NCBI GenBank assembly: GCA_964344235.1
Contig: CAYFMJ010000001.1
Coordinates: 320,001 to 384,000 of the forward strand
DNA length: 64,000 nucleotides
From: an uncultured Methanosarcinales archaeon
GTDB lineage: Archaea > Nanobdellota > Nanobdellia > Woesearchaeales > GW2011-AR9
Direction: 5' to 3'
Translations under genes and position numbers: made by a program
Notes under the pieces: model-generated
Databases searched by the model: none
What the model saw: the letters and a program-made list of their open reading frames with translations, nothing else
What the model was told of the DNA's origin: nothing
Shown: piece by piece, positions 1 through 9,383 of the stretch
Numbering within the stretch: position 1 is the stretch's first letter
Layout: every line of letters starts with the position of its first letter

Positions 1-2
1 GT

Positions 3-488
3 GAACTGTGGGGGGCCTTGCACACCTTCGGGATTGATGTCACCAAATTTTTCGTATGTTTTGCGGTGGGCTTTTGCTAATTCCATCCCTAGTCTTTCTA
101 AAGAGGCAAGAAAAACGCCTAATGAATAATCGTGTTCTCTCAAATATTGATCCCATGTCTTTCCAGTGAGTTTTTCTGCAACAAGGAATCGTTCATCGTC
201 AACTTTGAAAGGACCTCTCATTTTTGGAGTACGAATCCCTAATTCATTCCTGAGAAAGTTACACAGATAGCCTTCTCTCTCTAGGGAAATTACTCCCCCG
301 TAATGTGAATCTCTTTTCACCCTGTGCTTGTCTAATTTTGTAGCTCTTTCAAATCGTACGACAACTTCTTCACCGGAATCTAACGTTACCTCAAAGTTAT
401 CATGAGATCGACCTTCAGAAATTGCGGTAATGGTGTCAACAGAATGTCCTGCTTGTTCAAGTAGTCTCTGAGCACGTTGTTGGTCCAT
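3..488 (-). CDS. Aminoglycoside phosphotransferase/choline kinase-like protein, N-terminal part (runs off window start)
   Basis: Not in the ORF track; hand-translated. ATG at 488-486 overlaps the upstream stop (TAATG). Open frame MDQQRAQRLLEQAGH...ISEGRSHDNFEVTLDSGEEVVVRFE...LEREGYLCNFL...RTPK...FLVAEKLTGKTW resembles an APH N-lobe. Confidence 0.6.
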   Translation of the reverse strand, partial: MDQQRAQRLLEQAGHSVDTITAISEGRSHDNFEVTLDSGEEVVVRFERATKLDKHRVKRDSHYGGVISLEREGYLCNFLRNELGIRTPKMRGPFKVDDERFLVAEKLTGKTWDQYLREHDYSLGVFLASLERLGMELAKAHRKTYEKFGDINPEGVQGPPQF

Positions 489-1180
489 TATCCTCTTTTC
501 CGCATTAAGAATTCTGTTATGTCAAAGTCGTGTTGTGTATCAATGTCGGTTGAATGCTCAACCGGCATAATATAAGGGTACGTTTTATCCGGGTACTCTC
601 CACTTTCATCAAAAAGAACAGATGGTTTGAACACAAACATATTCCCATTGTGAAGGTACACTTTGTCGTTGTCTTGTCGGTTCCCGAAGACTCCCTTTCT
701 GTTGCTCCTAGGTCTTATAGTTCCATCGTCTTGAATTATCTTAATTCTGTTAGGGTGGACATCAGTTTCACACACTCCTATGACAGCATTTGCATTGTTT
801 TTGAGAAAAATCTCAATGGCATTGTCAATATCCTGGGCTGTCCGCAAGGGTGAAGTTGGCTGTAAAATAACAACAATGTCTGGGTTGTACCCTGTCTCTT
901 TCTGTAATCGGTCAATTGTGTAACGGTAGGCATCTGTTGCATCTGCATCATCTGTTGCTAATTCAGCTGGCCGCATAAATGGAATTTCGATGTCATAATG
1001 AGAACAAACTTGAGAGATCTCATTACTGTCAGTTGATAAAACCAGTTTGTTGATAAACTTTGATTTATTCGCTGCTTCAATAGAATAGGCAACCAGCGGT
1101 TTGCCATTTAGGGGCTTAATGTTCTTTCCAGGAAGGCCTTTTGATCCTCCGCGAGCTGGAATAATTGCTAAAATATTCAT
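488..1180 (-). CDS. neuA: Acylneuraminate cytidylyltransferase (NeuA/PseF/LegF-like CMP-nonulosonate synthetase)
   Basis: IIPARGGSKGLPGKNIK, STD, RPAELATD, LQPTSPLR and DIDT..DF motifs. Confidence 0.9.
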   Translation of the reverse strand: MNILAIIPARGGSKGLPGKNIKPLNGKPLVAYSIEAANKSKFINKLVLSTDSNEISQVCSHYDIEIPFMRPAELATDDADATDAYRYTIDRLQKETGYNPDIVVILQPTSPLRTAQDIDNAIEIFLKNNANAVIGVCETDVHPNRIKIIQDDGTIRPRSNRKGVFGNRQDNDKVYLHNGNMFVFKPSVLFDESGEYPDKTYPYIMPVEHSTDIDTQHDFDITEFLMRKRG

Positions 1181-1277
1181 TCTGTTATCACTATTTATGT
1201 TTATTATAAAGCTTTTGGAAGATTAATTCTTTCTATATTACAACTCCATAATTCTTATAAATTAATCCTTAACCACA

Positions 1278-3458
1278 ATGATTAAAAAGATGGATAAACC
1301 AGCAATCATAGGTGGAAGAAAAGAGTTTGAAGAGTTTTTACCGATAGTAAGACCTTCTTTACCAACACTCTCTCAGATAAGCGTTCAAGTAGAAGAAGTT
1401 CTGGCGAGCGGCATGGTGACGAATTTTTCGAAGTATACTCAACAGCTGGAACGTGAGTGTGGAAATTATCTAAACGTTAATTTTAGTCTTTCTCAACCAA
1501 ACGCCACCACTGGATTACTGTTACTCTGTAAAGTGTTAGGTCTTACGGGAGAAGTTATTGTACCAAGTTTTACTTTCTCAGCGACTGTTCATGCACTGAT
1601 TTGGAATGGCCTTACACCAGTTTTTGTTGATATTGACCCTGAAACGTTTAACATTGATCCAAAACTCGTGGAAGAAAAGATAACAGACAAGACCTCTGCC
1701 ATTTTAGGAGTACACATTTTTGGTAATCCCTGTGACGTTAAGGAATTAGAAGAAATAGCGAGGAAACATGATTTAAAATTACTCTTCGATGCTGCTCATG
1801 CCTTTGGTTCGGAGTATCAAGGAAAGAAAATCGGAGGCTGTGGTGATGCAGAAGTTTTTAGTATGAGCGGAACTAAATTATTAGTGACTGGAGAGGGAGG
1901 TTTAATTACCACTACAGATAAAGATTTGTCTGACAAGCTTAGGTTAGCAAGGAACTATGGGGATCCGGGAAATTATAATTGTGTTTTTGTTGGTTTTAAT
2001 GGAAAAATGTCTGAGTTTTCAGCGATTATTGGCTTGCAGTCTCTGAAAGATATTTCTGGTCAAGTTAGGAATAGAAATATTATTAGAAATATTTTCGAAC
2101 AAGAGTTACGAAGTGTTCCGGGAATTAGTTTTCAGAAGATAAGAGAAGGAAATATCACATCAGTGAAAGACTTTTCAATTATAGTTGATAAGAATGAATT
2201 TGGCATCAGTAGAGATCAATTGGCTAAGTGTTTAGCAGCGGAGAACATTCATTCCAAAAAATATTTTTATCCTCCAATTCATTTTATGGATGCTTATAGA
2301 GAGTTTCATGAACAGTATTATGGGAAACTACCACACACGGAAAAAGTCTCCTGGAACATTCTTTGTTTGCCGATCCATAGTACTATGTCGGAAGAGCAGG
2401 TAAAGAAGATATGCAATGCAATTAGGAGAATTCAGCATTTTCATCAAGAAATTGTTCAGGAAGCGGAAGATATTAGTTCAGTGTTGATAACAGGGGGCGC
2501 AGGGTATGTGGGAGTTGTCTTAGCAAGGCAGTTGTTAGAGCAAGGGTATAAAGTTAAAATTCTGGACCAGCTTATTTTTGGTAAAGAGCCTTTACAAGAG
2601 ATTGAAGGACATCCAAACTTTAGCTTGGAAGTTGGTGTGGTTGAGGATAAATATGTGGTAGAAAAGAGTTTAGAGGGGATTGATGCAGTTATTCATTTGT
2701 CTGGTTTATCCAATGATCCTTCTTGTGAGTTAAACTCTGATTTGACGAAGAAATCAAATATAGATGCAACGAAAGTTCTTTTACAGTTTGCAAAAGCAAA
2801 AGGCGTAAAGAGATTTATCAATGCTTCTTCATGTAGTGTGTATGGTTTTACAAATGGTGTTTTGGTGGATGAACAAAGTCCGCCAAACCCTCTGACTGCT
2901 TATGCAAAATCGAAAGTAAAAAGTGAGGAGTTAGTTCTCGCTGAGTCAGAGGAAGATTTTGTGACAGTTTGTTTACGAAAATCAACGATTTATGGCCCTT
3001 CACCAAGAATGAGGTTTGATCTTGTTATTAACACAATGACGGGAATGGGAATGAGTGAGGGCAAGATTGTTATCAATGGTGGTGAACAATGGCGCCCTTT
3101 CTTGCATGTTGAAGATGCAGCGAGTGCGTATCTGTTTATGTTACAAGCACCTAAAGAACAAATCAATGGGCAAGTGTTCAACGTAGGGAGTAACTACCAA
3201 AACATTAAAATTATAGATTTGGCGCATAGAATTGCTGCTGTTCTTCCTGGCGTAAAGGTTGAGCAGAGTCACTCTCCCGATAAAAGGAGTTATTTAGTTA
3301 GTTTTGATAAAATCAGTGCACTTGGCTGGAAAGCTACATTTGATATCGAAGATGGAGTTCATGGTGTGAAAAAACTATTTGATGAAGGAAAAGTGAAGAA
3401 TTTTCGCGATTTAAATTATTTTAACATAAAGAGAATGATTTCCTATTTGAATGTTTAG
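1278..3458 (+). CDS. Fusion of DegT/DnrJ/EryC1/StrS aminotransferase and NAD-dependent epimerase/dehydratase (extended SDR)
   Basis: N-half has FDAAHAFG, FSMSGTKLLVTGEGG (PLP lysine) and GFNGKMSE. C-half has VLITGGAGYVG, SSCSVYG and YAKSK (YxxxK). Confidence 0.9.
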   Translation: MIKKMDKPAIIGGRKEFEEFLPIVRPSLPTLSQISVQVEEVLASGMVTNFSKYTQQLERECGNYLNVNFSLSQPNATTGLLLLCKVLGLTGEVIVPSFTFSATVHALIWNGLTPVFVDIDPETFNIDPKLVEEKITDKTSAILGVHIFGNPCDVKELEEIARKHDLKLLFDAAHAFGSEYQGKKIGGCGDAEVFSMSGTKLLVTGEGGLITTTDKDLSDKLRLARNYGDPGNYNCVFVGFNGKMSEFSAIIGLQSLKDISGQVRNRNIIRNIFEQELRSVPGISFQKIREGNITSVKDFSIIVDKNEFGISRDQLAKCLAAENIHSKKYFYPPIHFMDAYREFHEQYYGKLPHTEKVSWNILCLPIHSTMSEEQVKKICNAIRRIQHFHQEIVQEAEDISSVLITGGAGYVGVVLARQLLEQGYKVKILDQLIFGKEPLQEIEGHPNFSLEVGVVEDKYVVEKSLEGIDAVIHLSGLSNDPSCELNSDLTKKSNIDATKVLLQFAKAKGVKRFINASSCSVYGFTNGVLVDEQSPPNPLTAYAKSKVKSEELVLAESEEDFVTVCLRKSTIYGPSPRMRFDLVINTMTGMGMSEGKIVINGGEQWRPFLHVEDAASAYLFMLQAPKEQINGQVFNVGSNYQNIKIIDLAHRIAAVLPGVKVEQSHSPDKRSYLVSFDKISALGWKATFDIEDGVHGVKKLFDEGKVKNFRDLNYFNIKRMISYLNV

Positions 3459-4090
3459 AATTTCTTTGCAACCACTAAGATGTCTGATGCTGCTAGTTTA
3501 AAAATGTTCCATTCAGGAAGTAATAGCCCTAATGAAACAATTTCAGGACTCCGTTTTTCAAAATGAGTAACATTGAATGAAGCTCTCTTCAGCAAATTGC
3601 AAATCTCTTGCGTACCAAAGCCAAGACAATGTTCTGGTCTTTCTGCTTTCACGTACTTCTTTTCATTAATAATCGAAGCAAAATTTTTGACAATATTTTC
3701 AGAATTGGGTACAATGATGATTGCCCCTCCATCTTCTTTAAGCACTCGGCCTATCTCCTGCAAGGCTAGCATGGGGGTATCAAGGTGCTCTAAGACCATT
3801 GAAAAAATAACTTTGTTGAAAAAGCCGTCCGGGAATGGTAGCTTTTCTCTCGTAATATCAACAACAATGGTTTGTGGTGTAAATTTATTGATGTCAATTG
3901 GGTAGTACTGCTTAGGATCGTTTAGTGTAAGATATTGTAACTGTAGATTGGTGCAAGCACCGATATCAAGAACGTTGTCAGTTGGTTTAATAAAAGTAGC
4001 GATATATTGCCTTCTTCTCACTGCCGATTTTCTTTGTTTTTTCTGTACATTAGCGTGTTGATATGAGTGAAACCTATTGTGTTTTTTCAT
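3455..4090 (-). CDS. Class I SAM-dependent methyltransferase
   Basis: VLDIGAC, LPFPDGFFNKVIFSMVLEHL, LKEDG...IIVPN. Confidence 0.8.
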   Translation of the reverse strand: MKKHNRFHSYQHANVQKKQRKSAVRRRQYIATFIKPTDNVLDIGACTNLQLQYLTLNDPKQYYPIDINKFTPQTIVVDITREKLPFPDGFFNKVIFSMVLEHLDTPMLALQEIGRVLKEDGGAIIIVPNSENIVKNFASIINEKKYVKAERPEHCLGFGTQEICNLLKRASFNVTHFEKRSPEIVSLGLLLPEWNIFKLAASDILVVAKKF

Positions 4091-4223
4091 TTATTCTTGT
4101 GTAAGCTCGTCCTTTTTTTAAGTTTGTGGAAGTTAGCTGGAAAGAATAGAATCTTTAATTAAATGAAAAGTTACACATAAACTTAATATAGTGGGCGTAA
4201 CTACAGAGAAAGAGTAAAAGGAA

Positions 4224-5150
4224 ATGACAAAAACAATGAGAGACCAACTTCGTGCTGATGGTGAATTGGCGTTGGCAGGCCTTGTTCATCCAGAGATTAT
4301 TCGTGGTGACCCTGCGTCTTGTACAGCAGAATTTAGCAAATTAATTGTTAATCTTTGCCTCCGTGTGGAAGATGATGATTATGTACGACGTATTACAGAA
4401 GACGATGTTGATCGAGTGATGCTTCATGCAGATTCCCAGATTGGAAGACCAGAAGCCCACCGTTCTCACATTATCACAACAGGGTATTTGTTCCAAAGTC
4501 TCACAGCAGCTCTTCTTGATACACATCCAGACTTAGATTTACCCCATCCGGATATTGCGCGTGCTATGGGTTGGCTACACGATCTTAATATGATGTTTAG
4601 TAGTTATCAACGAGGAGGTCAATTGTCGAAGGAATTAGATTTGTTTTTCTTAGGTGCTATGAATGGCTGGACACGGATAGCAGATCATATGGCGATGCAT
4701 AGTGCTTATTTTGAGATTGGACAGCTTCTTACTGGGGAGTATCAATTTCCAGAAAAAAATGAAGCGTATGAAGGTATGCGGGAAGTTCTAAGGGGAGGGG
4801 GCCCATTATCACTTACTGCTATCACAGAGCGGTTTAGAGGATATCATCGAGGTACTGATAACATGCCGCTACTCGCCTTAACAGTGGTTGATTATATGGA
4901 ACGTGGTTTAAGAACCTTTGATCCTACGAAGATAGAAGCGGACTTTGCTGCACGATCGGAGGATGTTCTTTGGCGCTACCATGGGAAACATGTAGAAGCA
5001 GAAATGGCGCCACCGCCTCTTGGCGTTGCGTTAATGTCGGGGGGATTAACGAGAATAAAAGGGTACAAAGACATAGTTAGAAAACTTCTTTCTGATGATA
5101 TTGAAGCAATTGATAGGTTACGAGAAACAACTCATCTGTTTAAGAAATGA
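4224..5150 (+). CDS. Hypothetical protein, HD-domain-like
   Basis: 308-aa ORF with RSHII...GWLHDL and a later HSAY, consistent with H...HD metal ligands. Confidence 0.45.
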   Translation: MTKTMRDQLRADGELALAGLVHPEIIRGDPASCTAEFSKLIVNLCLRVEDDDYVRRITEDDVDRVMLHADSQIGRPEAHRSHIITTGYLFQSLTAALLDTHPDLDLPHPDIARAMGWLHDLNMMFSSYQRGGQLSKELDLFFLGAMNGWTRIADHMAMHSAYFEIGQLLTGEYQFPEKNEAYEGMREVLRGGGPLSLTAITERFRGYHRGTDNMPLLALTVVDYMERGLRTFDPTKIEADFAARSEDVLWRYHGKHVEAEMAPPPLGVALMSGGLTRIKGYKDIVRKLLSDDIEAIDRLRETTHLFKK

Positions 5151-5255
5151 TCTTCTGTTCAATAGAATTCCTGAATTTTTGTTACTTTTAAACAATAATC
5201 CATAAACTTAATAAAGAAATTTGGTGCTTTTGATTGAGTCAAGGTGGAATGATAT

Positions 5256-6557
5256 ATGAAAAAAGTATATGTCGCAATGAGTGCAGACTTCTTACACGAA
5301 GGTCATATGAACATCCTAGACGAAGCTCGGAAATTAGGAGAAGTAACAATAGGATTATTGACAGATGAGGCTGTAGCTACATATAAAAGAATGCCCCTTT
5401 TGAGTTATGAACAACGGAAGAGAATTTTTCGAAATATTGTTGGCGTTTGTGATGTTATACCACAGCATACTTTAGATTATGAAGAAAATATTCGTCAGTT
5501 GAAGCCAGACTTTGTTGTTCATAGTGATGATTGGAAAACGGGAATACAGAAGCCGATCCGGGAAAAGGTAGTTGCCACTTTACAAGAATGGGGAGGAATA
5601 CTGATTGAACCAAGATATACTGAAGGGATTTCCTCTTCGAAAATGGTTGGTCAAATTCGGGAGAGGGGCACTACTCCTGATGTACGAAGAAATATGCTGC
5701 GTCGATTGTTAGCAGCAAAACCATTAGTAAGAGTTCTAGAAGCTCATAATGGTCTCACTGGGTTGATTGTTGAAAAAACAAAAATACAGAATCACTTAGG
5801 ACATATTAAAGATTTTGACGGAATGTGGTTAAGCAGTTTGACGCATTCTACCTCTAAGGGAAAACCAGATATTCAATACGTTGATATTACATCCACTGGT
5901 CAGACCATTAGTGAAATTTTTGAAGTTTCTACCAAACCACTAATTGTTGATGCGGATAATGGTGGGCTTATCGAACATTTTCGTTTTACTGTGAGAACGC
6001 TGGAAAGGCTTGGTGTATCTGCAGTTATTATTGAAGATAAAGTGGGAGCAAAACGGAACTCGTTATTTGGAACTGATGTTAAGCAGACACAAGATAGTAT
6101 TAAAGGCTTTTCAGAAAAGATTTCGGAGGGTAAGAAATCTCTAGTTTCTGATGATTTTATGATTATTGCTAGGATTGAAAGTTTCATTTTGAAGAAGGGT
6201 CTGGAGGACGCTCTAACCCGGGCAAGAGCGTACATAGAAGCAGGAGCAGATGCTATTATGATTCATAGTAAAGAGAATTCACCGTCGGAGATTCTTTCTT
6301 TCTGTGAAGAGTATAAAAGGTTTAGCACGAGAGTTCCATTGGTTGCTGTCCCATCTTCGTATAGTGAGATTACTGAGGAGCAATTAATAGAAGCAGGGGT
6401 GAATGTTGTGATCTATGCAAATCACTTACTAAGAAGTGCGTATCCAGCAATGGTTAGGGCGGCGGAGTCTATATTACAACATGGGCGCTGTCATGAAGCG
6501 AGCAAGAACTGTATGGAAATTAAAGAAATTCTCAAATTGATACCTAATGGAGAGTAG
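5256..6557 (+). CDS. aepX: Phosphoenolpyruvate mutase with N-terminal cytidylyltransferase domain
   Basis: PEP mutase signature EDK-X5-NS (EDKVGAKRNS), EAHNGLTG, and IARIES...RARAYIEAGADAIMIHS. N-terminal HxGH (DFLHEGH) CTP-transferase domain. Confidence 0.95.
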   Translation: MKKVYVAMSADFLHEGHMNILDEARKLGEVTIGLLTDEAVATYKRMPLLSYEQRKRIFRNIVGVCDVIPQHTLDYEENIRQLKPDFVVHSDDWKTGIQKPIREKVVATLQEWGGILIEPRYTEGISSSKMVGQIRERGTTPDVRRNMLRRLLAAKPLVRVLEAHNGLTGLIVEKTKIQNHLGHIKDFDGMWLSSLTHSTSKGKPDIQYVDITSTGQTISEIFEVSTKPLIVDADNGGLIEHFRFTVRTLERLGVSAVIIEDKVGAKRNSLFGTDVKQTQDSIKGFSEKISEGKKSLVSDDFMIIARIESFILKKGLEDALTRARAYIEAGADAIMIHSKENSPSEILSFCEEYKRFSTRVPLVAVPSSYSEITEEQLIEAGVNVVIYANHLLRSAYPAMVRAAESILQHGRCHEASKNCMEIKEILKLIPNGE

Positions 6558-6654
6558 AGTACCAATATAGTGGACTAATTTAGAGTTCAAAGGTGGCCTT
6601 TGAAACAATCACTTTTACATATGATTTATAAAGAGGAATACGTGTCGAACCATT

Positions 6655-7794
6655 ATGCAACAAGAATATTTTGGTATGGGAAGTATTACGTTTTTGAAGG
6701 AAATATTAGAGCGAGAAAACCCGAGTAAAATATTTTTAGTGCGGGGGAAACAGGCGTATGTTTCTTCAGGTGTGCAAAAAAAATTGGAACCCTTTCTTTT
6801 TGATTATGAGGTGGTTCACTTCTCAGATTTCTCTGTGAACCCAAGAATTGAAGATGTGGAGAAAGGAATAGAACTTTATAAAAAAGAAAAGTGCGATTTT
6901 GTCATTGCTGTTGGCGGAGGAAGTGTTATTGATATGGCGAAGTCAATAAACGTACTTTCTGTGCAACCAGAGGAACCTCCAAAATATATCCTTAAGGAGT
7001 TGCCAATAGAGATGAAAGGAAACCCATTAATTGCTATTCCTACAACATCAGGGACTGGAACTGAAGCAACTCAGTTTGCTGTTGTATATATTGGCAAAAA
7101 GAAATATTCACTCGCCCATAAAGAAATCCTTCTACCAAGTTATGTGATTCTGGATCCATCATTAACCTCTTCTCTGCCGGCTAAGGTGACAGCTTCAACA
7201 GCCATGGATGCATTGGCTCAAGCTATTGAAGCACACTGGTCAGTTCATTCTACCAGAGAATCAAAGATATTTTCGCGAGGCGCTATTTCACTTATTTTAG
7301 ATAATGTTCACGCTGCTGTTAATAGTCCAACAGAAGAAGCGAGAATAGCGATGATGAAAGGTTCAAATTTAGCGGGAAAAGCCATAAATATCGCCAAAAC
7401 AACAGCATGCCATGCTGTTTCTTACCCAATCACCTCTTACTTTAATATTCCACATGGCCATGCAGTTGCGTTGACTTTGGGCGAGATGTTTGTATTCAAT
7501 GCACAAATAGTAGAAGACCAATGCTCTGACAAAAGGGGAGTGGGTTATGTTAAAGATACAATGTATGAACTGATTCAACTTTTCAAAGTGGAAACTGCTC
7601 AAGAAGTTCGTATTAGAATAGAACAATTAATGGATTCTATACAACTGGAACGGAATTTGTCAAAGTTACATATTACAACAGAAGATCACTTTAATCTCAT
7701 CATTCAAAATGGATTTAATCCGGAAAGGGTTAAAAATAATCCTCGGCTCTTAACAGAACAGAATTTAAGAAGCATGTTAACACGCATAAAGTAA
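6655..7794 (+). CDS. Phosphonoacetaldehyde reductase (iron-containing alcohol dehydrogenase; 2-hydroxyethylphosphonate-forming type)
   Basis: GGGSVIDMAK, PTTSGTGTE, DALAQAIE and HAVSYPIT...IPHGHAV motifs. Lies directly after PEP mutase. Confidence 0.85.
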   Translation: MQQEYFGMGSITFLKEILERENPSKIFLVRGKQAYVSSGVQKKLEPFLFDYEVVHFSDFSVNPRIEDVEKGIELYKKEKCDFVIAVGGGSVIDMAKSINVLSVQPEEPPKYILKELPIEMKGNPLIAIPTTSGTGTEATQFAVVYIGKKKYSLAHKEILLPSYVILDPSLTSSLPAKVTASTAMDALAQAIEAHWSVHSTRESKIFSRGAISLILDNVHAAVNSPTEEARIAMMKGSNLAGKAINIAKTTACHAVSYPITSYFNIPHGHAVALTLGEMFVFNAQIVEDQCSDKRGVGYVKDTMYELIQLFKVETAQEVRIRIEQLMDSIQLERNLSKLHITTEDHFNLIIQNGFNPERVKNNPRLLTEQNLRSMLTRIK

Positions 7795-7855
7795 TATCGA
7801 GTTGTCCATAAGATTATTCCATAAGTCTTAAGAAGGAGATTTTGACCATGCGAGT

Positions 7856-9343
7856 ATGGTTAATTATGGTTCAAAGCTTCTAAAAGGGGCCGGTATTATT
7901 TTCTTTATGAGTTTACTGAGTGCTGGTTTGGGGTATGGAATACGAATTATTCTTGCTAAGAATTTAAGTACTGCAGATTTTGGCCTTTTTTTTGCTGTTT
8001 ATAACATAGTGTTGATGCTTGGTTGGATGAAAGGGTTTAGTTTTACGTCTGTTGTTCAAAAGTTTATACCTGGGTTTAAAGCTAAAGGAGATTATACGAA
8101 AATAAAATCAATGTTTATATTTGTCCTTATCTTTACTTCATTAACGAGCTTACTGCTTGTCATCTTAATTTACTTATTCCCGGAACACCTTATTAACAGC
8201 TACTTTAAGAGTAATGTAGCAAAGTCATTGCTTTGGATAATTACTCTTTTTTATATTATTGATGACTTCTCAAAGCTTGTTGCGGGATACTTCCTTTCTG
8301 TACATTTGCCGTTTCTTTACTCCCTGCGGGATTTATTAGTCCGATTATCCCTTTTTCTGCTTTTGTTTGTTGTTACTATTAATACTTTTTCTGTGGCCTG
8401 GCTCTATGTTGTAGCAGCAGCACTCGCACTTGTTGTTAATCTGTTACTTTTTATACGATATTTTCCTTTTCAGTATAAAACTTCAATCACAAAAGATCTA
8501 GTGCGGAAATTATTTAGCTTTAGCACTCCTCTTATTATACGGGATTTTTTTGGCGTCTTTTTGAGTAGGGTGGACAACCTTTTTCTTGTCTATTTCAGGC
8601 CTTTGACAGAAGTTGCTATCTATAACACTATTTTGCCAACGGCAGAGCTCTTATTGTTTATTTCTCGACCTTTTGCAAAGGTCTTGTTTCCCCTGTCCTC
8701 AGAATTGTGGTTTATGCAAGATAAAAGAAGGCTGAGGAGTCTTCTAGGTATAACCCACAAATATTTGCTGTTACTTTTAATTCCACTCGCACTCTTTGTT
8801 GGTTATCTATCAACTTTTATTTTAAGTCAATTTTTTGGCTCAGTGTATGTAGAAGGATCTTTTGGATTAAGGATATTAATTGTTGGAATCCTATTTTCTA
8901 GCTTGAATCTTGTGGGTTATGCTGTTCTAAAAGGCATCGGAAAGACCAAAGAAGTGGCAGTAATTCATATATTTATAAATAGTCTTAATGTTATTCTTAA
9001 TATAATCTTAATACCCTTATTTGGATCATTGAATCAAGGTTATTTTGGGGCTATAATTGCAACAACATGCAGTTTCTTTGTTGCCTTTTTACTTTTGACA
9101 TACTTCTTACATAAATTTTTGCACTATAGACTTTCTCTAGCTATCCTTTTATTTATCGTTACAAGTGGTTTTGCTTCTTTGCTTATTATGCATGTCATTG
9201 TAACACCGATTTCATCTTTGTATGTGCAATTAGCTGTTTTTATTGTTGGTTTCTCCCTGCTGTATCTCGTATTTATCTTTGTGTTGAAAATCACTTCAAA
9301 GCAAGAGATTGTTACTTTATTGAAGATGTTGAGGTCATCTTAG
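7856..9343 (+). CDS. Oligosaccharide flippase (Wzx/AglR-like, MOP superfamily)
   Basis: About 14 hydrophobic segments; IILAKNLSTADFGLF, RVDNLFL, GAIIAT patterns. Confidence 0.85.
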   Translation: MVNYGSKLLKGAGIIFFMSLLSAGLGYGIRIILAKNLSTADFGLFFAVYNIVLMLGWMKGFSFTSVVQKFIPGFKAKGDYTKIKSMFIFVLIFTSLTSLLLVILIYLFPEHLINSYFKSNVAKSLLWIITLFYIIDDFSKLVAGYFLSVHLPFLYSLRDLLVRLSLFLLLFVVTINTFSVAWLYVVAAALALVVNLLLFIRYFPFQYKTSITKDLVRKLFSFSTPLIIRDFFGVFLSRVDNLFLVYFRPLTEVAIYNTILPTAELLLFISRPFAKVLFPLSSELWFMQDKRRLRSLLGITHKYLLLLLIPLALFVGYLSTFILSQFFGSVYVEGSFGLRILIVGILFSSLNLVGYAVLKGIGKTKEVAVIHIFINSLNVILNIILIPLFGSLNQGYFGAIIATTCSFFVAFLLLTYFLHKFLHYRLSLAILLFIVTSGFASLLIMHVIVTPISSLYVQLAVFIVGFSLLYLVFIFVLKITSKQEIVTLLKMLRSS

Positions 9344-9383
9344 TTTCTTAATATTTATAAATAGCTGACATTTTTTTTGGAGG

